In this document: one piece after another, positions 21,537 through 31,187 of the stretch
Layout of the letters: every line of letters begins with the position of its first letter
How positions within the stretch are numbered: the stretch's first letter is position 1
IMG/VR virus record: IMGVR_UViG_3300010412_000010
Location: 14,463-78,462 of that record
Direction: 5' to 3' (one strand)
DNA: 64,000 bases
DNA from: a virus
Taxonomy: Duplodnaviria > Heunggongvirae > Uroviricota > Caudoviricetes
The notes under the pieces: model-generated
What the model saw: only the letters and a program-made list of their open reading frames with translations
Database searches by the model: none
What the model was told of the DNA's origin: nothing
Program-made: the position numbers and the translations under genes

Positions 21537-21557
21537 TGCGCCTAAATATAATTGTAA

Positions 21558-22061
21558 GTGGAGGTATTCATGTCTACAGATTGCAGAAAAGGATGTCCTA
21601 GAGATTTATTGGACGCCACAAAATTTGGGTTCACTATTGACAAACTGAACTGCACAATTTCGTTGTTGCATGGCGTAGAACTTCCTGGGGTAACCATTGG
21701 TGACACTTTACACCCGACTAGCGTTCTGGACTATGGTATTCCTGGTGAAAAAATCGTATACGATGACCTGACGCTGACCTTTTTGCTCGATGAAAACATG
21801 GACGCGTATGTAGAAATTTACAAGTGGATGTTGGCCATTGCCAACCCAACACGGACAGAATTGAGAGAAACCGGAATAGATAATTGGTATTCTGACGGTT
21901 CGTTGATTACCAGAACCAATAAAGAAAATCCAAACAGGGTAATCCGTTTTTTTGATATGTGGCCATCCAACATTTCTTCCATTTCGTTTGATACACAAAA
22001 CACAGACGAACCTGTTCGTGTGACAGCAACCTTTAGGTACTCATATTTTTTATTTGAATAA
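21558..22061 (+). CDS. tail completion/sheath-terminator-like protein (gp3-like, by position)
   Basis: 167 aa between gp23 and uvsY, as in cyanomyophages; sequence not specifically recognised. Confidence 0.35.
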   Translation: MEVFMSTDCRKGCPRDLLDATKFGFTIDKLNCTISLLHGVELPGVTIGDTLHPTSVLDYGIPGEKIVYDDLTLTFLLDENMDAYVEIYKWMLAIANPTRTELRETGIDNWYSDGSLITRTNKENPNRVIRFFDMWPSNISSISFDTQNTDEPVRVTATFRYSYFLFE

Positions 22062-22063
22062 TC

Positions 22064-22525
22064 ATGGAGATTATTATGACTGGTAATGAAGACTTTGAAA
22101 AAAAGATTGAACAACTACACAAAGACATTGAAAAAGACCTGAAAATTGATGATGTCCAACTTGACTACGAATCACTAAGAACACCGTCGCTACACAACAA
22201 ATATTTTCGTTTGTTGACAGTAGAGGCAATGCGCCTCAAAAAAATAGAGTCCGAATGCAACAAGATTTTCAAAGAGCGCACAGATTACTATTGTGGGCGC
22301 GCGCCTGCGGATGTGTACAAGCAGTCGCCGTTTAATCATAAGGTGCTGAAGCAGGAATTGGATACCTATCTTGATGCAGACGAACAATATTGTGCCGCAA
22401 AAGAAAAATATGAAGAGCAAAAACAGGTAGTGACATATCTGGAAAATACGGTAAAAGAAATAAACCGCCGCAACTGGGCTATCCGGAATGCTATTGAGTG
22501 GAGACGATTTACAAATGGCGGATAA
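22064..22525 (+). CDS. uvsY: recombination mediator UvsY
   Basis: 153 aa; shares the T4 UvsY pattern (...KKIEQLHKDIEKDLKIDDVQLDYE...TDYYCGR...). Confidence 0.6.
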   Translation: MEIIMTGNEDFEKKIEQLHKDIEKDLKIDDVQLDYESLRTPSLHNKYFRLLTVEAMRLKKIESECNKIFKERTDYYCGRAPADVYKQSPFNHKVLKQELDTYLDADEQYCAAKEKYEEQKQVVTYLENTVKEINRRNWAIRNAIEWRRFTNGG

Positions 22526-24020
22526 GCCCGATATCGTTATTACAAAAGTATCTGATGTCCATGCGAAAATCGAATGTGAAAAGTCGGTATTCATGGAACT
22601 ATCTGACTATATGACTTTCATGAGTCCAAACGCCAAGTTCGATAAGCGATATCGTCGTCGCCAATGGGACGGAAAAATTCGGCTGCTAAACGGAAAAAAC
22701 AAAAAAATAGCGGTTGGTCTTGTTCCGAGACTTGCTTCGTTTGCAAAAAAACAAGGATATGTGGTTTCGGTTGACCCAACCATTGCAACGATTGTTGGCG
22801 CGGTTACCCCAGAAAAAATACACCAACTGGTTGTGTCCCAAAACATTTCCAGAAAAGAAGATGACGGAACAATCATCCCACTTGACATGTATGCATATCA
22901 ATATTCTGGTGTGTATTATGCCGCCAAAGAAAGGCGATGTTTGTTGGTGTCTCCGACCGCATCCGGAAAATCGGCAATGATTTATTCGATTGCCAGAATG
23001 CTCATGCAGGTTACAAAAAAACGAACCCTGATTTTGGTATCCACTACCAGTCTTGTAGAACAAATTTTTTCGGATTTCGTTGATTATTCTGGGATTAATG
23101 GCTGGGACACACAAAAACACTGTCAGAAAATTTATTCGTTGTTCGACAAGTCCGTATCCAAGGACATCGTGATTTCCACTTGGCAGTCAATCTATGAATT
23201 TGACGAATCATATTTCCGACAGTTTGACTCAATCATCGTTGATGAGGTGCATCTAGCCGAAGCCGATTCTATTTGTGGAATCATGGAAAAATTAAAAAAA
23301 TGTCCATACAGGATTGGTCTTACTGGTACGCTTAAAGACGCCAAGGTGCACCAATTGGTTTTGGAGGGTATGTTTGGGGCTGTGCATACCTTGGAAAAAA
23401 CAAAAAGCTTGATGGACAAAGGAATCATTACCAAGCTGAAAATCAACATGGTAGAGCTACACCACAAGCAAGCCGACTGTGAAATTGTAAAAAAACTGAA
23501 TTACCAAAAAGAAATGGAATTCATATCCCAGCACGAAAAACGCAACATTTTTATAAAAAACCTTGCCCTGAAACAGAAAAATAACTGTCTGGTGCTGTTC
23601 CAATACATTGAGAAGCATGGAGAGCTTCTTAGGAGCTTATTAGAGCGCGATTCGCCAGAGAATCGACCCGTTTACTATGTGGTAGGAGAAACCGCTGTAA
23701 TCGAACGAGAGAAGGTTAGAGCGCTGTGTGAGGCAAATGATGGCTGTATTATTTTGGCCAGTTATGGCACTTTTTCGACTGGTATCAATGTGAAGAATAT
23801 TCACTCCATTGTTTTTGCCAGTCCGTACAAGTCAAAAATCAAGGTTTTGCAGTCCATTGGTCGTGGGTTAAGAAAATTTTCTGGAAAAGACGAGCTTGTC
23901 TTGTTTGATATTGTGGATGATTTTGGTGGAGATAATTACGCGGTCTCACATGCCAATGCGAGAATAGAAATTTATGACAAGGAAGAATTCGACTATGAAA
24001 TTTTCAAAATAAAATTCTAG
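22515..24020 (+). CDS. uvsW: UvsW RNA-DNA/DNA-DNA helicase
   Basis: The N-terminus aligns with T4 UvsW (WDGKIRLL, CEKSVFMEL); DEVH box and SF2 helicase motifs. Start trimmed to ATG 22515. Confidence 0.9.
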   Translation: MADKPDIVITKVSDVHAKIECEKSVFMELSDYMTFMSPNAKFDKRYRRRQWDGKIRLLNGKNKKIAVGLVPRLASFAKKQGYVVSVDPTIATIVGAVTPEKIHQLVVSQNISRKEDDGTIIPLDMYAYQYSGVYYAAKERRCLLVSPTASGKSAMIYSIARMLMQVTKKRTLILVSTTSLVEQIFSDFVDYSGINGWDTQKHCQKIYSLFDKSVSKDIVISTWQSIYEFDESYFRQFDSIIVDEVHLAEADSICGIMEKLKKCPYRIGLTGTLKDAKVHQLVLEGMFGAVHTLEKTKSLMDKGIITKLKINMVELHHKQADCEIVKKLNYQKEMEFISQHEKRNIFIKNLALKQKNNCLVLFQYIEKHGELLRSLLERDSPENRPVYYVVGETAVIEREKVRALCEANDGCIILASYGTFSTGINVKNIHSIVFASPYKSKIKVLQSIGRGLRKFSGKDELVLFDIVDDFGGDNYAVSHANARIEIYDKEEFDYEIFKIKF

Positions 24021-24071
24021 TAATCATTTTTACAACATAATGTTCGAACCGAGCGAAGCGAGCGTTCGAAT

Positions 24072-24140
24072 AATAAGGTTTAATAAAGTAAATAAGGTTT
24101 AATAAAGTAACTTAAGGTACTTAATATACTTAAGGTATAT
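24072..24140 (+). repeat. intergenic tandem repeats (2 x 19 bp aataaggtttaataaagta, then repeated cttaaggta) in the regulatory region after uvsW
   Basis: Perfect 19-bp tandem duplication at 24072-24109; an adjacent quasi-palindrome ttcgaaccgagcgaagcgagcgttcgaa at 24044-24071. Confidence 0.7.
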
Positions 24141-24270
24141 AACGGACTTCACCGAACTTCGCTGAACGGAGTGTACACACAAAAAACAAGATTGTCAATT
24201 ATATTTTTTAGAAATAACATATTGACTTCAATATTATATTTCTGTATGATAACAAGTTTAGGAGCTAAAA

Positions 24271-24612
24271 ATGCCAGCCAAAAAACTTCCAATAGACCAG
24301 ATTAAAGTATTTTTCGGTGGAAGTATAGACCCAGAACAAAAAAAGTGGCTGGAAGACACAGCCAAAGCCAATCGCGTCTCCAAGAGTAGTATCTTGCGCG
24401 AGGTAGTCCAGTTTGCGCAGGACAACATGGGTGAGATAGGTTCGACTGGAGAAATCGAACCCAAACCAGCCATAAATACACCAGACACGGACAAATACAA
24501 GAAGGCACTGGAAGCCATTATCATTGAGGCTACTAAAGGACAGAACCATCCAGTCAGAATGTATCACATAGCAAACAATGCTATCCACGGAACCCCAGAT
24601 ATCAAATATTGA
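24271..24612 (+). CDS. small putative DNA-binding regulator (ribbon-helix-helix-like)
   Basis: 113 aa; N-terminal segment SKSSILREVVQFAQDN resembles an Arc/CopG fold; follows a repeat-rich regulatory region. Confidence 0.3.
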   Translation: MPAKKLPIDQIKVFFGGSIDPEQKKWLEDTAKANRVSKSSILREVVQFAQDNMGEIGSTGEIEPKPAINTPDTDKYKKALEAIIIEATKGQNHPVRMYHIANNAIHGTPDIKY

Positions 24613-24621
24613 AAATAAAAA

Positions 24622-25200
24622 ATGACATGCATAGTAGCGCTCAAACATCGCGGTAAGGTGTATATGGCGGGAGACAGTTCCGCAGTTGGTGGTCATTTTG
24701 TTTCTAAAGTTACCCGCCCAAAGGTATTCAAATCGCATGGGTTTGTCTATGGCTATGCTGGGTCGTTTAGGGTTGGTCAGGTTATGGAACATGCCTTTGT
24801 TCCGCCAAAGATTCCAGAAACGGTTGGAGTCACACAAGACTCATTTATGAAATACATGGTCACTGATTATGTGAAGTCTCTTAAGCGGTGTCTGAAAGAG
24901 AATGGTTGTATTGTCGAAGTGTCGAATACATCATGTGACGATGAAGAAGATTTTTTTGGAGCGGCCATCATGATTGGTTATGGTGGTCGTTTGTTTGAGA
25001 TTGAATCTGGATTTCATGTTGCTGAATATACTGTTCCATACATGTCAATTGGCGTTGGTCGTGATTTTTCCCTTGGCTCGTTGTATTCAACCACCGATAG
25101 GACTGACTTGAAACCAAAGGAAAAATTAACAATGGCTCTTGATGCTGCGTGTGAATTTTCTGGGTGGGTATCCAAGCCATATCATTTTGTAAATACTTGA
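24622..25200 (+). CDS. HslV/proteasome-beta-like N-terminal-nucleophile peptidase
   Basis: N-terminus MTCIVALKHRGKVYMAGDSSAV resembles E. coli HslV [22 protein letters not shown], with Thr2 as the putative nucleophile. Confidence 0.55.
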   Translation: MTCIVALKHRGKVYMAGDSSAVGGHFVSKVTRPKVFKSHGFVYGYAGSFRVGQVMEHAFVPPKIPETVGVTQDSFMKYMVTDYVKSLKRCLKENGCIVEVSNTSCDDEEDFFGAAIMIGYGGRLFEIESGFHVAEYTVPYMSIGVGRDFSLGSLYSTTDRTDLKPKEKLTMALDAACEFSGWVSKPYHFVNT

Positions 25201-25203
25201 TTT

Positions 25204-25449
25204 ATGGAAGAATTGATTCAGTTTATTATTATGCTTACCGGAATGGGTTCGATTTATTGTGTGAATCACCCAAACACCGAAGTTGTAAAATATGCGTCGA
25301 TAATTGGATTGATTGGTCAGCCATTTTGGTTTTATTCTTCCGCCACTAATGGTCAGTGGGGGGTTTTTTTATTGACCGCCGTTTATACAGCTTGTTGGAT
25401 TCGTGGATTCTTCCGTTTGTGGATTAACAATTATCAAATGAATGAGTAG
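25204..25449 (+). CDS. small membrane protein
   Basis: 81 aa with 2-3 hydrophobic helices. Confidence 0.35.
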   Translation: MEELIQFIIMLTGMGSIYCVNHPNTEVVKYASIIGLIGQPFWFYSSATNGQWGVFLLTAVYTACWIRGFFRLWINNYQMNE

Positions 25450-26059
25450 TGGAATGAAAAAGAAAGAAGATAAAGAACATTATGTCGACAATGAAATGTT
25501 TCTACGCGCTCTTGTAATGTTCAAGAAAGACCAAGAAGAATCAGATTGTCCTGTTAGAATTCCTGAGTATATCGGCGAATGTTTTTTGAAAATTGCCACT
25601 AGGTTGTCGTATAGCCACAAGTTCATAAATTATCCGTTCAGGGAAGACATGATTTGCGATGGCGTAGAAAACTGCGTTACATATGTGTCCAATTTCGACC
25701 CGTCCGTTTCAAAAAATCCATTTGCATATTTCACACAGATAATCTACTACGCATTCTTGCGTCGAATAGAAAAAGAAAAAACCCAGCTATATATAAAGGC
25801 CAAACAAATTGAACAGGCCGGAGTAACAGTGGAGACAAGTTATTCCGATGAAGAAGATGAAACCACGGAAATTGTTGATACCTACATCGAGAGCATAAAA
25901 GACACCACCGACATCATTTCTGATTTTGAAACCAAGATGGTTGATAAAAAAGAAAAGGCCGCCAAGAAGCGCCGTCGGAAAAGATTACCACTTGAAGAAT
26001 TCGAAGATGGTGATGATGAAGACGATGATAACAATGAATATGAAGATGATGACCAATGA
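25442..26059 (+). CDS. 55: late sigma factor gp55
   Basis: YVDNEMFLRALVMFKK resembles T4 gp55 YVNNKELLQAIIDWK; sits immediately upstream of gp47/gp46. Confidence 0.75.
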   Translation: MSSGMKKKEDKEHYVDNEMFLRALVMFKKDQEESDCPVRIPEYIGECFLKIATRLSYSHKFINYPFREDMICDGVENCVTYVSNFDPSVSKNPFAYFTQIIYYAFLRRIEKEKTQLYIKAKQIEQAGVTVETSYSDEEDETTEIVDTYIESIKDTTDIISDFETKMVDKKEKAAKKRRRKRLPLEEFEDGDDEDDDNNEYEDDDQ

Positions 26060-27147
26060 AGATTGCCATTATTACAGACAGACACTACGGTGTCAGAAAT
26101 GACTCTGACATTTTCTATGCCAACCAAAAGCGATTCTACGATTCTGAGTTTTTTCCAGTCCTGAAGAAACTTGGGATAACTACTGTTATTGATGGTGGTG
26201 ACCTAACGGATAAACGCAAGTATGTAACCCAAAAGACACACGAGCGGTTGATTGAATATTATGAGCGAGCCGAATCTGTCGGAATAGTATCACACAACAT
26301 TGTCGGTAACCACGACTGTTTTTGGAAGAACACAAACGACCTTAATTCGCACTCACAGTTTGTGTCTCCACGATTCGATTCTGTTCATGTATACGAGAAA
26401 CCAACCGAAGTAAAGATTGGTGGGTTGTTGTTCTTGTTTGTTCCATGGATAACAGAAGATAACTATGACGCGTGTATGCGCGCGATTGCGGGTACGCGCG
26501 CGCGCGTGTGTGTGGGACATTTTGAGATTTCTGGTTTCAAGATGTATGCCAATTCCATTGAGTGTTCGTCTAGGATTTCTCAGGACATGTTTTCCAAGTT
26601 TGATTTGGTGTTGTCTGGGCATTTCCATCATAAGTCGACCAACGGAAACATCCACTATCTTGGTGCCCCCAGTCAATATACTTGGTCTGATTGTGATGAC
26701 CCTCGCGGTTTCCATATACTGGATACCGAAACACTTGAACTAGAATTTGTCGAAAACCCAAATACAATTTTCGAAAAAATTTATTACGACGATAGCGACT
26801 TTGACATGGAAGATAAAGAAAACATATTAACTCAGTTTGAGTCGCTTCGCGAACAAATTAGCGATAAGTATGTGAAGATTGTTGTTGTTGAAAAGACAGA
26901 TGTCGTTGTGTATGATTCGTTTGTCAAGTTTGTTGAATCATGTAATCCGGTAGACCTAAAAGTTGTCGACAGTTCTTGGGTTGCCGAAAAACAACCACAA
27001 CAGCAAAATATAAACATAGAAGACACGCAACAGTTGTTGTCTTCTTTTGTTGATGAGTCCGTGAACATTCGCGATGATATAAAGAACCAAGTTAAGTCTC
27101 TTATGAAAGTTCTTTATCGAGAGGCTATTAGTGTAGGTGAGTCGTAA
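26056..27147 (+). CDS. 47: recombination endonuclease subunit gp47 (Mre11/SbcD-like)
   Basis: Calcineurin-like phosphoesterase motifs (DRHYG, GGDLTD, GNHD, GHFH); stop overlaps the gp46 start. Confidence 0.85.
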   Translation: MKIAIITDRHYGVRNDSDIFYANQKRFYDSEFFPVLKKLGITTVIDGGDLTDKRKYVTQKTHERLIEYYERAESVGIVSHNIVGNHDCFWKNTNDLNSHSQFVSPRFDSVHVYEKPTEVKIGGLLFLFVPWITEDNYDACMRAIAGTRARVCVGHFEISGFKMYANSIECSSRISQDMFSKFDLVLSGHFHHKSTNGNIHYLGAPSQYTWSDCDDPRGFHILDTETLELEFVENPNTIFEKIYYDDSDFDMEDKENILTQFESLREQISDKYVKIVVVEKTDVVVYDSFVKFVESCNPVDLKVVDSSWVAEKQPQQQNINIEDTQQLLSSFVDESVNIRDDIKNQVKSLMKVLYREAISVGES

Positions 27148-28901
27148 TGGTTGTGTTTAATAAATTGCGCTGGAAAAATTTTCTAGCCACCGGAAACATG
27201 TTCTGTGAGGTTGACTTGGATGGCGACTTTTCGACAACATTGATTATCGGTAAAAACGGTTCTGGCAAAAGTACGATTCTGGACGCACTGACATTTGTAT
27301 TGTTCAATAAGCCATATCGTGATATCAATAAACCACAATTAGTCAACTCCATTAATGGTTCTGAATGTGTGGTTGAAATTGAATTTTCTGTTTTCGGTCG
27401 CGGTTACAAAATTGTTCGTACCATAAAACCGGATTCAGTCTGTGTGTTTGAGGATGATGGTTCTGGGCAATATGTTGAGCGTAACAAAGAAGCGTCCGCC
27501 ACGGACACGCAGGATTACATCGAAAATGTCGTTCTTGGGATGAACTATCGCGCGTTTACCCAAATAGTAACTGTTGGTAGCGCGTCGTTCGTTCCGTTCA
27601 TGCAATTGAAGGCGACAGAAAGGCGCGCCATGATTGAAGATTTGTTGGACATAAAAGTGTTTAGCAAAATGAGTGATGTGCTGAAAGAAAAACGAGCAAC
27701 ACTTAAGGCCAAGATATCAACAAACAACGACAAAATAAATCTGATTGGTGGACAGATATCATCCAAGCAAAAGCATGTGGCGCAGGTTCGGGCAAAATCT
27801 GATGTTTTTATGGAACAGAAAGAAACAGAGTTACAAAAGTTGCTTGTTGAGTATGTAGAAATAGTCGCCGATAGATTGGCTGCGGAAGACGCTCGTGACT
27901 CCATAATAGAAAGGAAATTCCCAAGCCATACTAAGACCATAGAAAACCGGCGGGACATAATATCAAAGGCTGATGCTGCAATTTCAAGAATAAAAAAAGA
28001 AAAGTCGTTTTTTGAAAGCAATTGTGTGTGCCCTTCGTGTTCGCAGGACATATCAGAAACAATGAAGGCCGAAAAGCTGGAATTGCTTGATGCCAAGATA
28101 AACATCGCAACCATAAAGCGGGCGAAAATTGTCGCCGAATATGATTCTCTTCGGGCGGAAGAAGATGGGTATCGGAAGGCGGAGCGCGAATATCAAACCA
28201 AACTAGCTAAAGCGAGTGCGGAAGTTTTTTCTATAAAAAGAGCAGAAGATAGTGTTCGTGATAGAATATTTGCGATACAAAATGACATTGATTCGTTTGC
28301 GTCTGCCGTTGATGTTACTGATGACTTGGAAGAGTTAGAATCATTAACGGCTCAATTACAACAAGAACAGTCCTCTTATGATGAATTGCTTAGGGCGGAA
28401 GAGGTGTGTGGGTGTGCGACAAAGTTGTTGCGAGACGATGGTATCAAATCAAAGGTGGTGTCTTCTTATTTGCCAGCCATGAATTCGTATATCAGTGAGT
28501 ATCTTGATGAGCTTGGTTTTTCGGTTGGGTTTGTTCTTGATGAAAATTTCAAAGAAGAAATATTGTCGAGGCATAGAGACAAATTCTCATACAACAGTTT
28601 TTCCGAAGGTCAGAAAATGCGAATCGACTTGGCGCTGTTGTTTGTGTGGAGAGAGATTGCCAAACTGAAAAATAGCATGAACACAAATGTCCTGTTTCTT
28701 GATGAAGTGTTTGATGGGTCTCTTGATGATGAAGGAACCGATGATGTCATGCGTGTATTGGATAAATTGTGTGCCTGTGGGCAAACAAATGTATTTGTCA
28801 TATCCCACAATCGGGATGCTCTGATTGACAAATTTGACAGGGTGATTAAATACGAAATGTCCAATTCTTTCAGTACAATGGTGGACGCTTTCTCTGAATA
28901 G
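27147..28901 (+). CDS. 46: recombination endonuclease subunit gp46 (Rad50/SbcC-like)
   Basis: Walker A GKNGSGKST; central coiled coil; C-terminal signature/Walker B region. Confidence 0.85.
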   Translation: MVVFNKLRWKNFLATGNMFCEVDLDGDFSTTLIIGKNGSGKSTILDALTFVLFNKPYRDINKPQLVNSINGSECVVEIEFSVFGRGYKIVRTIKPDSVCVFEDDGSGQYVERNKEASATDTQDYIENVVLGMNYRAFTQIVTVGSASFVPFMQLKATERRAMIEDLLDIKVFSKMSDVLKEKRATLKAKISTNNDKINLIGGQISSKQKHVAQVRAKSDVFMEQKETELQKLLVEYVEIVADRLAAEDARDSIIERKFPSHTKTIENRRDIISKADAAISRIKKEKSFFESNCVCPSCSQDISETMKAEKLELLDAKINIATIKRAKIVAEYDSLRAEEDGYRKAEREYQTKLAKASAEVFSIKRAEDSVRDRIFAIQNDIDSFASAVDVTDDLEELESLTAQLQQEQSSYDELLRAEEVCGCATKLLRDDGIKSKVVSSYLPAMNSYISEYLDELGFSVGFVLDENFKEEILSRHRDKFSYNSFSEGQKMRIDLALLFVWREIAKLKNSMNTNVLFLDEVFDGSLDDEGTDDVMRVLDKLCACGQTNVFVISHNRDALIDKFDRVIKYEMSNSFSTMVDAFSE

Positions 28902-28993
28902 AGCATAACTCGTTGATTTTATTGGTTATTTTTGTGCTTGACTCTGGCGGGGTTTTTTTGTGATAATGTGGTTTTCCGTGTGGGGGGAAATCC

Positions 28994-29389
28994 ATGCCAG
29001 AATTGGTTATTATTCGTGGTCTTCCTGGTTCTGGTAAATCCACCATTGCCAAAAAAGACGACTCGTTTGATGGGTATGCCCATTTTGAGGCCGACATGTA
29101 TTTCTTGGACGATACTGGCCAATACTTATTTGACCCAGCCAAGCTAAAAGAAGCACATGAATGGTGTTTCGCTGCCGCACAGTCGTGTTTGATTCACGGT
29201 CGCAATGTTGTCGTGTGTAATACCTTTTCTCGGCTGTGGGAAATGCAGCGATACCTTGACTTGGGGTTTCCTACTAAGGTGATTAAAGCAACGGGTAATT
29301 ACCGGAATGTACACGGCGTTCCGAATCATACAATCGAAAACATGCGCGCGCGGTGGGAAGACTATGACGGTGAAGTCGAATACATTTGA
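28994..29389 (+). CDS. P-loop kinase, polynucleotide-kinase (Pnk) kinase-domain-like
   Basis: VIIRGLPGSGKSTIAKK and overall layout resemble the T4 Pnk N-terminal kinase domain (ILTIGCPGSGKSTWAREF...). Confidence 0.5.
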   Translation: MPELVIIRGLPGSGKSTIAKKDDSFDGYAHFEADMYFLDDTGQYLFDPAKLKEAHEWCFAAAQSCLIHGRNVVVCNTFSRLWEMQRYLDLGFPTKVIKATGNYRNVHGVPNHTIENMRARWEDYDGEVEYI

Positions 29390-29717
29390 TTTTAGGGGCA
29401 GTCATGTGATATGTGATGCTGTATTGGTATCCATTCCAGACAATATTCATGAAATCATCGAGGATGGAATATCACATTCAAAAATGACCGTTGTTGACAA
29501 ATTGTCTTGTTATTTTAGTCCGCAGGGCGAAACCGTTGTGTGGATTTTGGCAGAAAGTCATTTTACCCTACATACATATCCGGAATATGAGTATATCAGC
29601 ATGGACTGTTATACTTGTGGTGAAGAGGGAAATCCGCTCGCTGCCATGGAGCATATTATTGGTGCTCTTGGTGTTGAAAAATATAAGATGACGGAGATTG
29701 GTCGTGGTGAGGTCTGA
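29364..29717 (+). CDS. speD: S-adenosylmethionine decarboxylase proenzyme (SpeD/SpeH class)
   Basis: Hallmark motif ESHFTLHTYPEYEYISMDCYTCG matches SpeH ESHISIHTWPE...VDVFTCG; start trimmed to ATG 29364. Confidence 0.7.
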   Translation: MTVKSNTFDFRGSHVICDAVLVSIPDNIHEIIEDGISHSKMTVVDKLSCYFSPQGETVVWILAESHFTLHTYPEYEYISMDCYTCGEEGNPLAAMEHIIGALGVEKYKMTEIGRGEV

Positions 29718-30531
29718 ATACAACATCGAAGAAAGCCCAAAACTCATGCGGGTTTTTTCTGACCTACATTTGGATTTTTATCCATACGACGATGGCATGT
29801 TTGTTCCGCTGGAAACCGACAGGGACAGTGTGCTAATCATTGCTGGTGATTTGTGTGAACCCCACAAAAAAACCAAGATAGAGAATTTTTTGTCTATTTC
29901 TGCCGACCGATTTGCGTGGGTGATTGTTGTGCTTGGAAATCACGATTATTACAACAGTTCGTTAGAAACCGCCGTCGGTGAGTACCAAAAAATCGCCAAG
30001 GATAATTGTTTGAACAATGTTATTGTCACCGATTGTGCGACTGTGAATTTTGAAAATGTATCTTTTATATGCGCTACTTTGTGGACAGACTACGATAATC
30101 GCGATTGGTTTTCTATGCAAGCAGCGAAGCGCGGAATGTTGGATTACCAGACAATCATGACAATTGGTGATGATGGGCTTTCCCGCCGAATCGTTCCAGA
30201 GGATTTGTTTTGTATTCACCAGACACACAAGAGCTTTATTGACGCTCAGTTGATGGTTCGCGACAACAAGAAAAAAATTGTCGTTACACATCACATACCG
30301 TCGCCTGCTTCCGTCCATGAGAAATATTCAAGAAGCAGTATTAATGGTTGTTTTGCTTCGAATCTGGACTCGTTAATACTAAAACACCAACCAAAATTTT
30401 GGATTCATGGGCACACACATGAGGTGTTTGATTACTATATCGGGGAAACTCGTGTGTATTGTAATCCATATGGATATTACGGACATGAAAACACGGATAA
30501 GTGCGACAAGGCATCTATTTTTTTGTTATAA
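29698..30531 (+). CDS. calcineurin-like metallophosphoesterase
   Basis: Motifs DLHLD, GDL, GNHDYY, HH, GHTHE. Confidence 0.7.
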   Translation: MVVVRSEYNIEESPKLMRVFSDLHLDFYPYDDGMFVPLETDRDSVLIIAGDLCEPHKKTKIENFLSISADRFAWVIVVLGNHDYYNSSLETAVGEYQKIAKDNCLNNVIVTDCATVNFENVSFICATLWTDYDNRDWFSMQAAKRGMLDYQTIMTIGDDGLSRRIVPEDLFCIHQTHKSFIDAQLMVRDNKKKIVVTHHIPSPASVHEKYSRSSINGCFASNLDSLILKHQPKFWIHGHTHEVFDYYIGETRVYCNPYGYYGHENTDKCDKASIFLL

Positions 30532-30543
30532 TTGGAGGTAGTT

Positions 30544-30843
30544 GTGTTTGAGCAATCAGCGGTTTCTTTTTTTGATGTGCATCCTTATGGTATTGTGTTG
30601 TTAATTGGGTTGGTGGTTTTTCCGCGACTGACTATATTTATTGGTTGGTTGGTTGGGTATCTGGCCACTGGTGGTGCTTGGTTTTGGCTTGGGTGGTTTT
30701 TTGTTCCGCGATTCTTGATTGCGTTGATTGCTACCCTGTCGTATTGGAATACCAATCCGGTTTTGGTGGTGTTATCTTGGTTGTTTGCGCTTTCTGGAAC
30801 AACTGCCGAAACGGCCACGGCGGCAAAAAAAATATCCAAATGA
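30544..30843 (+). CDS. small polytopic membrane protein
   Basis: 3-4 predicted TM helices; GTG at 30544 preceded by GGAGG. Confidence 0.35.
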   Translation: MFEQSAVSFFDVHPYGIVLLIGLVVFPRLTIFIGWLVGYLATGGAWFWLGWFFVPRFLIALIATLSYWNTNPVLVVLSWLFALSGTTAETATAAKKISK

Positions 30844-30884
30844 GTTGACAACTTCGTATAAATATGTTTTGATGTTCAAATAAT

Positions 30885-30959
30885 TGGACTGTAACTCAGT
30901 GGTAGAGTCCTCGACTGATAATCGAGTGGTCGGTGGTTCAAATCCACCCAGTCCAACCA
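30885..30959 (+). tRNA. tRNA-Ile (anticodon GAT)
   Basis: Cloverleaf folded by hand: acceptor tggactg/cagtcca, anticodon loop ctGATaa, T-loop ttcaaat, encoded CCA. Confidence 0.8.
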
Positions 30960-31019
30960 TTTATAAAAATTCTGAGGAAAAATGCCGCAGAATGAGGAAA
31001 ATGGACGCAAGAGTCTTAT

Positions 31020-31096
31020 TGGCGCGTAGCACAGTAGGTAGTTGCGGGTGACTGTTAATCACCATGTCGCTGGTTCGACCCCAGCCGCGCCAGCCA
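31020..31096 (+). tRNA. tRNA-Asn (GTT)
   Basis: Anticodon arm ggtga-ctGTTaa-tcacc; T arm gctgg-ttcgacc-ccagc; CCA end. Confidence 0.8.
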
Positions 31097-31102
31097 ATTT
31101 AT

Positions 31103-31178
31103 GGCCACATAACTCAATGGCTAGAGTATCCGCCTGTCTAGCGGAAGGTTAGGGGTTCGAGTCCCCTTGTGGTCGCCA
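31103..31178 (+). tRNA. tRNA-Asp (GTC)
   Basis: Anticodon arm tccgc-ctGTCta-gcgga; T arm agggg-ttcgagt-cccct; CCA. Confidence 0.8.
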
Positions 31179-31187
31179 ATTTGTAAT

